Source of the DNA: Candidatus Omnitrophota bacterium
GTDB taxonomy: Bacteria; Omnitrophota; Gorgyraeia; Gygaellales; Profunditerraquicolaceae
DNA length: 64,000 nucleotides
Assembly: GCA_023227985.1 (NCBI GenBank)
Contig: JALOCB010000003.1
Span: 5,260 to 69,259, forward strand
Reading direction: 5' to 3'
The notes under the pieces are model-generated. The model saw only the letters and a program-made list of their open reading frames with translations. It was not told where the DNA came from and did not search any database. Positions 1 to 10,900 of this stretch are shown piece by piece (position 1 is the stretch's first letter; each line of letters starts with the position of its first letter). Both the position numbers and the translations under genes were made by a program.

Positions 1-3
1 AGA

Positions 4-3000
4 ATGATCCAGCGTCTGGCTATTAATAATGGTACTGCCCACGGCAATAACTATGACGCTGACGGTAAACTTATTGAAACACAGATGAATTTGAAGATGA
101 CCGCGGCGATCGCCGAAGTTATTAAGGCGTATGGTATACAGATAGTCCAGCACGGCGTGACCGGAACGCCTATTAAAAATCTCCAGGCATTGCGTAATGT
201 CGGGATCAGGGCCGCTCATGTCGGGACCAATTGGCAGAATATTATTTGGGAAACTTTAGTTGCCCAGGCGCAGGCGGGTAATTCGACCGCTAAGTCCATA
301 GTAAACCGGATGATCGATGCGACTATCGCTAAGACTGCGGACGTGGAGAAGAAGTATAAAGTATCCGGCCGAAGCGCAGAAGCCAAGGATAGCGTTTATG
401 TCCCGGGAAAAGACAAGAACCTGGACAAGCTGATCGGTAAAGAATTAAAGATGGTATTAGGTGTTTTCAACGACGAGTTGGTTGCTCTTCCTGATGACTT
501 GATTGCCAAGATTGATGAGGCCACCGAAAAATCCGCTACCGAGCATATGCTGGGTTTCGGTTCTGACGGAACAGCCCAGATGGTAAAGGATGATTATGCG
601 GTTCAGGGGTTGGTTTATCCTGAAGATTTCTCCTCGATCAAAGGATTATATGCCTTTAAGGCGCTCGAAGGAACGGATAAGACGATTATGTGTTGTAATA
701 TACGTTCGCCTCTAAGCATTAGGGGTATTATGCGCGCGGCCCAAAAAACAGGCAGCGTGGTTATTTTTCAGCAGGCAATGAGCGAATTCGATTATACCTG
801 GAAAGGCGGCTATGCCCCGGAGAATGCGGCTAAGCTTGCCCGTAATATCAAAGAAGCTGCAAAAAAAGAAAATTTCCACGATTTCATGATTAAGGGCGAT
901 CATCTTACGGTTAAAGTTGATGATGCTTTCTTGAAGGATAAGGCGGCGCAGGATGCTGTTGCTGTGGTATTTGAGAAAATATTGGATGAACAGGATGTTT
1001 CCAAGCGGGAAGCATTGTTCAACGCTGCATCCAAAGACGAAGTTCTTTTAGCCAATGCCGGCGTAGCTAAAGCAATGAAAGCGGTAAATAAGGCTATGAC
1101 CTTGATCAAAGAAGAAGTTGCTTCGGATTTCACTGTTTTTGCTTTAGACGCGTCATTTATGCCTACCAGGCTTAATGTCCTGGTCAGCGCTTACCTGGCG
1201 GGGTTTATTCCCCAGGATGCAGGTTTGGAAGCTGAAGTTGGCGAGATTGGCGGAAAAGAAAATTCCACGGTTGCCGACGCGTTGGAATTCATTACCGGTA
1301 TCAGGTTCAAGGAAGAGGTTGTGGTCAGCCAGGGAGTGAAATATTCTCAGCTGGTCGGTCCGAGAAGGATCGGTGTTCTTACCGGCGGCGGACCTGCTTC
1401 CGGGCATAACGCGGTGATCGCGGCAATGGTCCGCGAAGCGGAGCAGCGGGGGATCGAGATCGTGGCTATCCCTGAAGGTTGGGCTGGTTTGACCAAGGAT
1501 GAAGTAGCCGCGCAAGCCAAGGTTATAACTATTAAAGATGTGGAAAAGTGGGGGAAGAAAGGCGGCACAATGCTGGGGACCAGCCGCACCAATCCGTATA
1601 AGAAAGAAGGGGACGCCCAGAAGGTTTGGGATAATATCCAGAAGTTAAAGCTTGACGGTCTGGTAACTCTCGGCGGTGATGATACCAACGGGGTTACTTC
1701 CAAACTGCAAAAAGAACATCCGGATTACTTATTCATTGGTCTGCCTAAGACCATGGATAATGATATAGCGCTTCCGGAGAGTGACGCGCAGACCTATGGT
1801 TTTGACAGCTTTACCGTCAAGGCCTCTGAATCGTTCGAGGCTGGAAAGATTGACGCGCAATCTACCCATAGGATACTGATCGCTGAAGTTTTTGGAAGGG
1901 CGGCCGGATTCGTTTCTGCGCGTATCGGGGCCAATATAGGGGCTACCCGCACACTGATCCCTGAAGAATTGGTTGATCTTTCAAAGTTAGTCGAGGATCT
2001 GCGCAGCTATTATAAGAATAATAAATACGGGGTTGTTGTGGTTGCCGAAGGGGCAAGCGTCAATGTTGATGGTTTCAAACTGGATGAAAACGGGGAATTG
2101 ACAGTTGTTAAGCCCGAAGACCCGGATGTAAAATTGTTGCTGGCCGCATTTAAGAGCGATCCTATGGCCAAAGCGGCTTTTATCAAGTCTATGAAAGCCG
2201 AGATGGATGATTTTGGCCACAAAAAACTGGAGAATGTCGGTCTTATTGTCGCAGCTGTGGTAAAAACCGCGTTAAAGGCGGATAAGATCGATATTAGCTT
2301 CGCCGGTAAAGCGGATTATCTTTTTCGCTCCGCCGATGTTTCCAAATTGGACGCTGAAATGACCACTATGCTGGGGAAGGCCGCTGTGGAGAAGATCGCG
2401 GATATCCAGAATGATCAGTTGCTTTACGCTTACAAGGGGCAGATTAAATCCATACCGTTTGCCCGGGAATTAGGCGGAAGGGTCCTGGATTACAAAGGCG
2501 CCCATAAAGATGAATATATGTTGGCCAACCTGGCGCTTATTGATGAAAAAACTGAAATAACGCTTTCGGATGCATCGGTTAATGAGGACTTGTTCCAGGC
2601 AGCGGTTAGAAACTTAAAAGGACTTAACCCGGGCGAATTAATGACTCTGAGTTTTTCGGAGATGAAGGTTTTGTTATGGAAGCTTAATAGCCTTGATCAA
2701 GAAACCGGGGACAATCAGGAAGTAGTTCAGTCTGTCAGAAGGATTCTGCATAGGATAGACGACAGGCAGATAGAACAGGTCAAGAAATTTGCCAATATCG
2801 GCGTGTTTGCCCGAGAAAATACTGCGTATAACCTGGAATCAGTGCTTAAGGATGACAATATCCTGGTTATCGCGGCTAACGCGCTTATTTTTCGCGCCGG
2901 AGCCTTTGCCGAATTCTATCATAATTGGGAGCCGGGAGTTAACCTCGCGGCGATCAAGTCTATGAAAGGCGGCAAAGAAGCTACTGCCGAGGAATTTGTC

Positions 3001-4767
3001 CGGCAGAACAGCCGTTATAACGGACCTTTTAGCCCGTATCAGTTAAAAGGTTTGCGCGTGCTTAAGGATGAACGCCGGGTGATTGATGGTGTCGCTGTTA
3101 ATTTCATTTTCGTGCCCGCGGATAAGAATATCGGAAGGCCGGATATCAAGATACCATATTTCGGCCCGGAAACAACTAACCAGCAGGTGCTTGATACTAT
3201 GAAGGCCTTAGGTTTAGAGTTGGATGTCATGGCCTATTACGGCCCGACCAGCGAAACGGTTCAGCCCAGGATATTCAAGGAGTTCATTGAGGCTGGATTG
3301 CCTGTTGTAGCAGCTTCTCCGGTCAACACCGACGCTGTAAAAAATATGCTCAAAGCTAAGTTTCAGCAGGAAGGTGTTGCGGATGATATGCTGGATGAAG
3401 CGGTGAGTAAGGCTTTTAAGGAAGGTTTGTATTCCGCTACCCGTAAAGAAATCGGCGCGGATGTCAAGATCGTGGATACTTTAAGCTGCACTTCCAATGC
3501 CATGATTTCGGTTATTAAAGCAATGTGGGATAAGTTCGGTATCGATCATGGTACCGGCCTGACTATTCATTCCCAGACTGATTCCAATGAGACTTTCCCG
3601 ATGAAAAGCGGCAGGGCCAGGGATCCCCTGGATATCGCCCGCGGCGATTCCATCCGTGACAACATAATCCCTGCTTCAACCGGCGCAAAAAAGAACCTCT
3701 TTAAGATGATCCCGGAATTAAAAGGCAGGTTCGAGATCACCGCTGTTCGCACCGGTACTGTTTCGGCTTCGACCTGGGAGATGACCATGGACCTTAAGAC
3801 TGAAGTGACCAGGGATGATGTCCTTGCGGCTTTAAAGGATTTCGCCCTGAATAAGACCGACGGGGTGGTGAAATTTCACGAAGGAGACCCGGACAGGAAT
3901 CCCGGGCCTCTGGACGCCAACGCCGTGGTCGGCTGGAATAATGTTTCTATTATCGACAGTTTATTGATCAATGTTCTGGATAATAAGAAAACAGTGACTA
4001 TTAAAGGTTTGTATGATAACCAATCAGCGGCGCCGAATCAAATGGTTTCTAAATGGTCGCCGTGGATGGTTGACGGTTTAAGGCTGCGCCAGATAGTCGG
4101 CGAAAAGAACAGCAAAAAGCTGAACAAAGCCGAAGCTGTAGCGTATGCCAAACTCAACGCCGGTTATGCCGGCCTGCTTAAAGCCGTAAGCGCGGTAAAA
4201 ACCAGCGGAGCTCTGGTGGTCAGCGCTGACGTGGTCTTAAAGAACGCCGGGACGCTTTCATCGCTCAAAGCCTTGAAAGAATCAGGCGCTCTTATTGAGA
4301 TCATTGTCCAGGCGAACAACAAGGCTGTCGCTGATAAAATGGTATCAATGGGCGTTGAACAATTCGCGAGCATTCAGTTCAAGCAGGTTAACGCGATAGT
4401 AGAAGAGTTGAATACCAAAGGTATAACTGATGAAAGAATAGTAGTGCTTAAGACCAAAGCTGAATCGAAAGAAGAAGTCAAGAATACCGTCAAGGTGGTC
4501 AATGTCGGCGAAGCTAAAGTCGCCGAATCTTCTGTTAATGCCATGTCGATAGCAGTGGCAAAGGCAGTAACCACCGTGTTGCAGGATAATACGGAGGTTG
4601 TTGATCAATATCAGCAGATGGCGAAGAATTACGCCGAAGCTAACGACGTCGAGCTAAGCAAACTGGAAGATCTGACCAGCCAGATCTCGGATATGCCGCT
4701 GGTTAAGGTGAGCGAAGAAGTGGTCAAGGCTCAGGTTACTTACGAAGAAACTGTAAACAAGATCTAA
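4..4767 (+). CDS. Giant multidomain glycolytic fusion protein, 5'-partial (>1587 aa): class II fructose-bisphosphate aldolase segments + PPi-type 6-phosphofructokinase + GAPDH + conserved C-terminal module
   Basis: ORF is open from window position 4, so the gene continues upstream. aa 1-90 match the class II FBA C-terminal half (GTAHGN..., IVQHGVTGTP vs FVFHGGSGST). aa ~200-450 match the class II FBA N-terminal/catalytic half (TIMCCNIRS..VVIFQQA; IKGDHL = HxDH; EVGEIGGKEN). aa ~455-850 match PFK (RRIGVLTGGGPASGHNAVI; GGDDTNG; PKTMDNDI; FGRAAG). aa ~930-1270 match GAPDH (catalytic SCTSNAM, HSQT, NIIPASTGAAK). aa ~1395-1587 form a module shared with the next gene. Confidence 0.8.
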   Translation: MIQRLAINNGTAHGNNYDADGKLIETQMNLKMTAAIAEVIKAYGIQIVQHGVTGTPIKNLQALRNVGIRAAHVGTNWQNIIWETLVAQAQAGNSTAKSIVNRMIDATIAKTADVEKKYKVSGRSAEAKDSVYVPGKDKNLDKLIGKELKMVLGVFNDELVALPDDLIAKIDEATEKSATEHMLGFGSDGTAQMVKDDYAVQGLVYPEDFSSIKGLYAFKALEGTDKTIMCCNIRSPLSIRGIMRAAQKTGSVVIFQQAMSEFDYTWKGGYAPENAAKLARNIKEAAKKENFHDFMIKGDHLTVKVDDAFLKDKAAQDAVAVVFEKILDEQDVSKREALFNAASKDEVLLANAGVAKAMKAVNKAMTLIKEEVASDFTVFALDASFMPTRLNVLVSAYLAGFIPQDAGLEAEVGEIGGKENSTVADALEFITGIRFKEEVVVSQGVKYSQLVGPRRIGVLTGGGPASGHNAVIAAMVREAEQRGIEIVAIPEGWAGLTKDEVAAQAKVITIKDVEKWGKKGGTMLGTSRTNPYKKEGDAQKVWDNIQKLKLDGLVTLGGDDTNGVTSKLQKEHPDYLFIGLPKTMDNDIALPESDAQTYGFDSFTVKASESFEAGKIDAQSTHRILIAEVFGRAAGFVSARIGANIGATRTLIPEELVDLSKLVEDLRSYYKNNKYGVVVVAEGASVNVDGFKLDENGELTVVKPEDPDVKLLLAAFKSDPMAKAAFIKSMKAEMDDFGHKKLENVGLIVAAVVKTALKADKIDISFAGKADYLFRSADVSKLDAEMTTMLGKAAVEKIADIQNDQLLYAYKGQIKSIPFARELGGRVLDYKGAHKDEYMLANLALIDEKTEITLSDASVNEDLFQAAVRNLKGLNPGELMTLSFSEMKVLLWKLNSLDQETGDNQEVVQSVRRILHRIDDRQIEQVKKFANIGVFARENTAYNLESVLKDDNILVIAANALIFRAGAFAEFYHNWEPGVNLAAIKSMKGGKEATAEEFVRQNSRYNGPFSPYQLKGLRVLKDERRVIDGVAVNFIFVPADKNIGRPDIKIPYFGPETTNQQVLDTMKALGLELDVMAYYGPTSETVQPRIFKEFIEAGLPVVAASPVNTDAVKNMLKAKFQQEGVADDMLDEAVSKAFKEGLYSATRKEIGADVKIVDTLSCTSNAMISVIKAMWDKFGIDHGTGLTIHSQTDSNETFPMKSGRARDPLDIARGDSIRDNIIPASTGAKKNLFKMIPELKGRFEITAVRTGTVSASTWEMTMDLKTEVTRDDVLAALKDFALNKTDGVVKFHEGDPDRNPGPLDANAVVGWNNVSIIDSLLINVLDNKKTVTIKGLYDNQSAAPNQMVSKWSPWMVDGLRLRQIVGEKNSKKLNKAEAVAYAKLNAGYAGLLKAVSAVKTSGALVVSADVVLKNAGTLSSLKALKESGALIEIIVQANNKAVADKMVSMGVEQFASIQFKQVNAIVEELNTKGITDERIVVLKTKAESKEEVKNTVKVVNVGEAKVAESSVNAMSIAVAKAVTTVLQDNTEVVDQYQQMAKNYAEANDVELSKLEDLTSQISDMPLVKVSEEVVKAQVTYEETVNKI
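4190..4767 (+). repeat. Copy A of a duplicated ~570-nt segment encoding the shared C-terminal module (paired with 12130..12698)
   Basis: The last ~60 nt (gatctgaccagccagatctcggatatgccgctggttaaggtgagcgaagaagtggtcaaggctcaggttacttacgaagaaactgtaaacaagatctaa) is about 80% identical to the last ~60 nt of the next gene (gacctgaccagccagatctcggagatacccatggccaaggtcagcgaagaagtcgctaaggcgcaggccacttatgaggagactataagcaagatataa). Protein-level similarity extends ~190 aa upstream (ALVVSADVVLKNAGTL... vs ALVVSANAVLNNAGTL...). Confidence 0.7.
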
Positions 4768-4773
4768 CATTCT

Positions 4774-4828
4774 CAAGACCCGGTCTTGCATCCCAATGAG
4801 TCCTAATGGGTTGCAAGACCGGGTCTTG
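4774..4828. repeat. Paired palindromic motif CAAGACCCGGTCTTG ... CAAGACCGGGTCTTG. It forms a ~22-bp stem hairpin 7 nt after the stop of giant gene 1.
   Basis: caagacccggtcttgca-tcccaatgagtcctaatggg-ttgcaagaccgggtcttg. The arms are reverse complements, and each 15-mer is itself a near-palindrome. No U-tract follows. Confidence 0.75.
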
Positions 4829-4925
4829 AACATGTCTTTATATGAATAAGATAAATCCGTTTCAATTTAAAAACCGCAACAGGCAGAAGTTGTAATTTAA
4901 TTCAAATCATCAACCGGAGGGAAAA

Positions 4926-7900
4926 ATGTTCGTAAGGTTATCCCAAAACAACCTGTTCAGGAAGATCGTCGGCATTCTTATTCTTTTACAATTTTCAGCC
5001 GGTTTTGCCGTGATTAGGGGTTATGCTGCTCCCGGAAATTTGCGGCCTGCCGCCGTCAAACAGGATGGTTCCCGGTCCGGGACTATCCAGAATTCGCTTG
5101 ACGCGGCCAGCCTGGATAAGGTTATAAAAACCCCGGTCATTCATAAGGACGGCGGTATAACCGGCCAGGATGTTTTTAAGAATATCCTTGGCGAATACCG
5201 TGTTTCCTCCACGATAAACAATCTCGCTTTCGGGACGTTCGTCCAGGGGCAGATCGACCTTAGTTCGGTTCAGAACCGGGAAGCGCTGGTCAATAATTTC
5301 GGGGAGATTAAGAGCAAAGATCGTTTTTTTACCCTTGAATACGCGGGAATTCCGCTTGCCCTGGTCAAGAAGGCCGAAACCGGAGAAATTACCGTCAAGA
5401 AAGTAGTCGAAGACATTGCTTCGATCCCGCTCAACATCCTTTCCGACAATGCCGAAAAGCTCAAAACCGAAGGTGTTACTTCCTCGGATATCCTGGTCCG
5501 CGATTTTCTTATCCTTGAAAAAAGGTCGCGTATCGACATCACTCAGTGCATGACCGTAGAGTTTGGCGAGCTGCGCGACTACGTATACAATCTGGCTAAA
5601 AATGTCGGCCAGGAAAAGGCACTGGAGATGGCATCGGCGTTTGCGGGTAAGGCTACCGTTGACGAGGCTATGGCGGAAGTCGGCGAGAAAGCTAAGCAGT
5701 TAGGCCGCGACCAAGCGAAGGACACAGGTCTGGCGCTGGCCGGCGGTAAGGGTTTGAGCCTTTCGGTCATGAGCCGCGTGGTTGACGTGCCGCCTGGTTT
5801 GAACGTTACTACTACCGCGTATTTTAAGTTCGTCAAAGATAATAAACAGGTCTGGGAGAAGATCTTTAATGAGCTGCAGACCTTGGATACTATGGATGAC
5901 CAGAAGCGCGACGTTGTCACTTCGGAGATCCGCGATGTCATTAAAAGCGCGCCGATACCCGAAGACATCAAGGCTGAGGTAACAGCAATGTACCACCAGC
6001 TAAGCGTTATCCGTTTTCTTGCCGGTAAACCTTCGCCCGCTCCGGTGGCTGTCCGCTCTTCCGGCACCAAAGAGGATATTCACGTTAAAACCTGGCTGCC
6101 GGTTTCCACCGGTTCCCAGGCCGGCCAGTCGGATACATTCCTTAATGTTAAGGGCGAACGGGATGTCCTGGATAAATTACGCGCCGATTGGGCGTCTTTA
6201 TTTACCGATCGCGCGGTCAGCTACCGTGATGACGCCACCTTCTTGCAGTTCTCTGGAGCCATCGATTTTAACGGTAAGACTTCTCAGGATGTCTATTGGG
6301 GGATCGTGGCGAAGCTTCGGGAATACTCCAAGAAACTGGATAAGCCTGAATATAACGTGTACGCTGACTTAATGAGTAAAGTCACCAGCCCTAACCCTGG
6401 GTCGGTGAGCCTGATGAACGCCATGGAGGAGATCCTGAGACAGGAATCGAATCCGGAGATGTCCAATGCCCTTGCCGTTCTGAAGAAGAAAGCAGAGGAG
6501 GTTGTGCATCCCGAACAGATCGGTATCGACGTTGTGATCATGCAGATGGCTAAGAGTTATCTTGCCGGCGTGCTTTTTACCGTCAATCCGGCGACCAAGA
6601 TGGCCGGTGTGGCCCAGTCGTTATACAAGTCATGGTATATGGGTGATGATTCGCTCGTGTACCGCGACGCGAAGACCGATATTATCCAGGGAACCAGGCC
6701 CATAGTGGTGAGCTTTGATGTGGCCTTCGGCTACGGCGAGAACGTAGTCGGCGGCAAGGTAAACCCGGACAAGTTCATTATGGGCACCTACGACGGCGAG
6801 AGCTGGTTTGTTATCGAGAAAAGCAAAGGCAATAAACTTATTCAGATGAAGGACGTGGAAGAAGTCATCGATCTCCTCAAAGACAAGATATCGGAAAAGG
6901 GCCAGCGGCAGCTCGCTATGACCGTGAAAGACGCGATCGCGTATGATGAGGTCGGCAAGCGGATCAACGGCATTATGGCGACCAAACTCTACGGTATCAA
7001 GTATCTTAAGGCGCTTGAGGGTAAAGAGGAAAGCGATAAAGACAAGAAGGCCCGCGTACAGGCTATCGCCAATGAGATTGCCGACATGGTCAAGAATAAG
7101 GTTTCCGAGGATGAAGTTGTCGCGTTCATCAAGGGTAACTTTGAGGTCGTTAACCGGAAGGGCTATAAAGGCATTCAGGAAATGGCGCTTTCGGGAGTGG
7201 TCAGGGAAGTGTTTGAGAAAGTCCAACAGGCCCAGGCTGAGACCGACCGGGGTATGTTTAAACTCTCAAAGCAGCTCGGCGATATGGGAAAGGCCGATAC
7301 GCTTATCCATATGATCAAGGAGGTTTGGGAGAATAAGGAATTTACTCTTTCCGACCGCCAGGCGATTCTTGACAAACTGAACCTTACCAACCAGGAATTG
7401 CGTAATATGAGTTACCTTATCCGCGCGCTGGTGGATAATAGCTTTACTTCAAATTATGAGACTACTTTAACCCACCAGGATACCTTTACTATGACCGATG
7501 ATCAGGCCCAGTATGTGGCGCGTATGGGTTGGGCGATCACCGAATATTATAAGGATGCCCGAGATATAGAGTATGCCATCGAGATAGATAAAACCGCTTC
7601 TTCCGACAAAGCGGTGAGGCTTTACGTTGTGGACGACCTGGGCAATGTCCAGGGAATGGACAATAATGGCAACCTGGTAACGGTGAAGTCCGAAAAGGAT
7701 AAAGCGCGTATAAAAGAAGCGAAGCTGCGCCTGTATAACGTGCAGGCCCGTCCGTATACCGCGGAATACTTGAAGGTGGATGTAATGCGCGCCCGGACCG
7801 AAGCGGATGAAAAGTGGCTTGAGGAGAATTCTCCTAAAGCGATTGCCAGCGGGACTAAGGGAGAGAACGCGACGCAGGGTTATGTGCTGGTGTTCGATCC

Positions 7901-10900
7901 TAACAAAGACGTTGCCTGGCACGCGGACCAGATCCGTCGTTTGAAAGCCGGAGATTTTACTGCGGAGGAAAAAGCCCAGATCATGGCTATGGGGTTTAAT
8001 CCCGAAGAGTATGGTTCAGGCAAAGAAAAGCAATTGTCGGTTATTCTTTATCTGCTTGAAGCTGACCCGAATCATGATCCGATCATGCGCCTGGTTGATT
8101 CGGTTGTTACTATCCGCGGCGGCGATACCTGCCACGCGGCTATCTTTTGCCGTGAACAAGGGATCCCTGCGGTCACCGGCGCGGGCAAGGTTATACTCAA
8201 CGGCCAATTGCTTAAGACCGGTGACGCGGTTACCGTTGATGCTAATAACGGGAATATTTACGAAATGCCCGCTGATGCCGGAGCGCGCATTCCGATCAAC
8301 TACGTGAAATTCAAGATTAAACCGTATGGCATCCCCGGCGACGACGACAATATGCCGTATCCGGGCATCGGCCAGATCATCGCCGCGGCAAGTGCCGCTC
8401 AGCAGAACTCGCCTATTATGCTTGCGGTTGACGCGGTCGGTAACTCGCTGACCCGCGCCGAGTTCAAAGGCGAAGAGATCGGTATCAACGTTTACGCCGG
8501 CTATGGCCATTATCTTTTACAGCAGATCAAGGCCGGAAAAATAAAGGAGCCAGTGAGGGTGCGTGTCCAGGAATTGATCCAGGGCAAGGTTCCCGGCGCA
8601 AAGAGGTTCGTGGACAATATTGAAAATGTTATGGCAGGCGCTTTTGCCAAGGATCCCGCCGCGCGTTCGGCATATCGCGACATTATGGGTAAGGATTTCA
8701 ATAAGGCGGATAGCCTGCAATTGCTGGAGTTTTTCGATTTGAAGAGCGACATTGAGCTGTATGGATTGGATGCGCTTAAACTGGTAAAACAGCAGGTTGA
8801 TATTCTTGATCTCGTTCCCCGGCTTCCGGAGAATATGTATCAGACGCTTGAATATCTTTATGGCGCCACTCAGCGCAGGCTCAACTATGATTATAATATT
8901 ATCGCCGATCTTCAGAACCATCCGTGGATACTGAAAGAAGTCGATTCTAAACTCGCGGAAAAGGGTTACGCGACGTTCAAGGAATACATCACTAACGAAT
9001 TCCTGTATTTTTACAATTTGATGGGTTTTACCATTGCGCCCGATCAGACCGCCAAGAACAGGGCTTACGATTTCGCCCAGGATAAGATCCGCGGCATGCC
9101 CGGTTCCGAGGTTTTTTCCTGGCCCGGAGTCAATCCGTTGGTCGGTTTGCGCGGTACGTCGTTGGAGATCGAGGCCTTTGACGAAGATTTCGGCGGCAAT
9201 CAGCTGGTATTGGATTTTCTTTTTGATTCCGTGATCCAGGCGCACCAGAATACCGGTAACCAAGCCTGGTTTTATGTGTTTGTCCGTTCTTCCCGGGAGT
9301 TAGAGACCCTGGATAAGATCATTGAGCACAAGGCTAAGCAGACCGGGAAGCTTCCGAAAGAGATCGGGATCATGATCGAAGTTCCCAGTGCCGCTTTGGT
9401 GGCTGATGAGCTTGCTGTTAAGATGTCCGAGATGGAGAAAAAATATAAGAAGTATGGCGTTGAGCATACTTTCTTTTCCTTCGGCACTAACGACTATTCG
9501 CATCTTGCTGGTATGGGTGACCGTGAAGACCCGCGAATGAAACTCAAGATTATGGATCCCGCAGCGATCGAAGCGATCGGCGAGATGAAAGCAGCGGGGT
9601 ATTATTATGATGATGCTGCTAAAGTGCTTCCGTTGATTGATGAAGGCGCTGATGTTATGCAGCAGCTTATGGAAACAGTGGTTGCTGCGGCTAATGGTTC
9701 AAGCGTGGCTACCTCGCTTTGCGGCGAGGCGATCACCGCCCTGGTTAACCGCGGGGATTATGAGACCGCAGGCAAGATAATGGCGCTTCTGGATTCTTTC
9801 GGCGTGAGCATGATGAAAGTCCGCCTCGCAGCTTCAATGACGCGCGTGGACACCATGGCGGCTACCAAAGGGATCACCATTCCGGAAGCCGGACGTTCGA
9901 TCCTGTTCGATTTGTCTGCCGGCGAGGTGAAACAGAAAAAGGGCGTCATCAAGGGCGAGATAATATTCGTTGATAATGCCGATGATCTCGTCCCGAACGT
10001 CCTTAAAGGCCTTCAGGGTCCGGAGCTGACGAAAAAGAAAGAGATGTTCAAGCTCCAGAGCCTGGAAAACGCCCGTTCGACTATGCGTACCTTCAATAAG
10101 ATCGTAATTATCACTAAAAACCTCGTTGCTCAGCAGGAGCCTGAGTTGGTCGCGGAGATGGGCAAAGCCGCATTCAGCAAGTTTGTCAATGACGGCCTGC
10201 TTAAAGATATCGGTAATGGGCAGTATGTCTGGACGAATCTGGGTGTAAAGACGGAGAAGTTCAACCAGGAATTGACAATTCAAGGTTTCTCTGAAAAAGA
10301 ACGTAAAGCTATTGAAGGTTTGTGGCAGAAGGCCTGGGATAACAGCATTGAAGGGCTTGAGCGCCGCGGAATTGATTGGGATGATCTACAATATGCCAAG
10401 GCTATAATCGTTGATGCGGACGTTAACCTTGATGGCTGGGATGTGTTCCGCAAGGACAAGAGTATTATTCCGACCCGTATCAAGGCTACGGTCAAAGGTA
10501 TAAGCTCCCGCCGTGCGGAGTTAGAAGGGCAATTGGCAACTATAGATTACGCCGCTAAGAAGGTCTACAAGGATTTTCTCAGCGTGGAAAAGATCGCTGC
10601 CGTCCTGCGCAGTCTTCCTATCCCAGCGGAAAAGCCTATGATAACTACGCAATCGGCTGTCGCGGAGAACGCCAACAGTGTATACCAGAAGATCGGGTAT
10701 CATCCTAAGCTCCTTCTTGCCTATGAGCGGAATGCTGTGAATGAACTTGGAAAGATATTCGAGGAATATGTAGGCAAGCTGGTTGAAGAAGTTGAAAAAG
10801 TTACTCAGGAGACCGACGTTCAGAAACGCGTATGGCTTTTACAGAAACTGCAGAATAAAGTTGGCGGGCTTGCGGAACCGATGATCAAATCGTTTATGAG

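Noticed and set aside
8517-9263. 248-aa antisense ORF, plus many other 60-200-aa minus-strand ORFs inside the three giant genes (e.g. 6630..7226, 10839..11402, 15373..15970)
   Set aside because: All lie antisense to long ORFs whose translations carry unmistakable enzyme motifs. They have no start context or motifs of their own. They are typical shadow ORFs in ~50% GC DNA.
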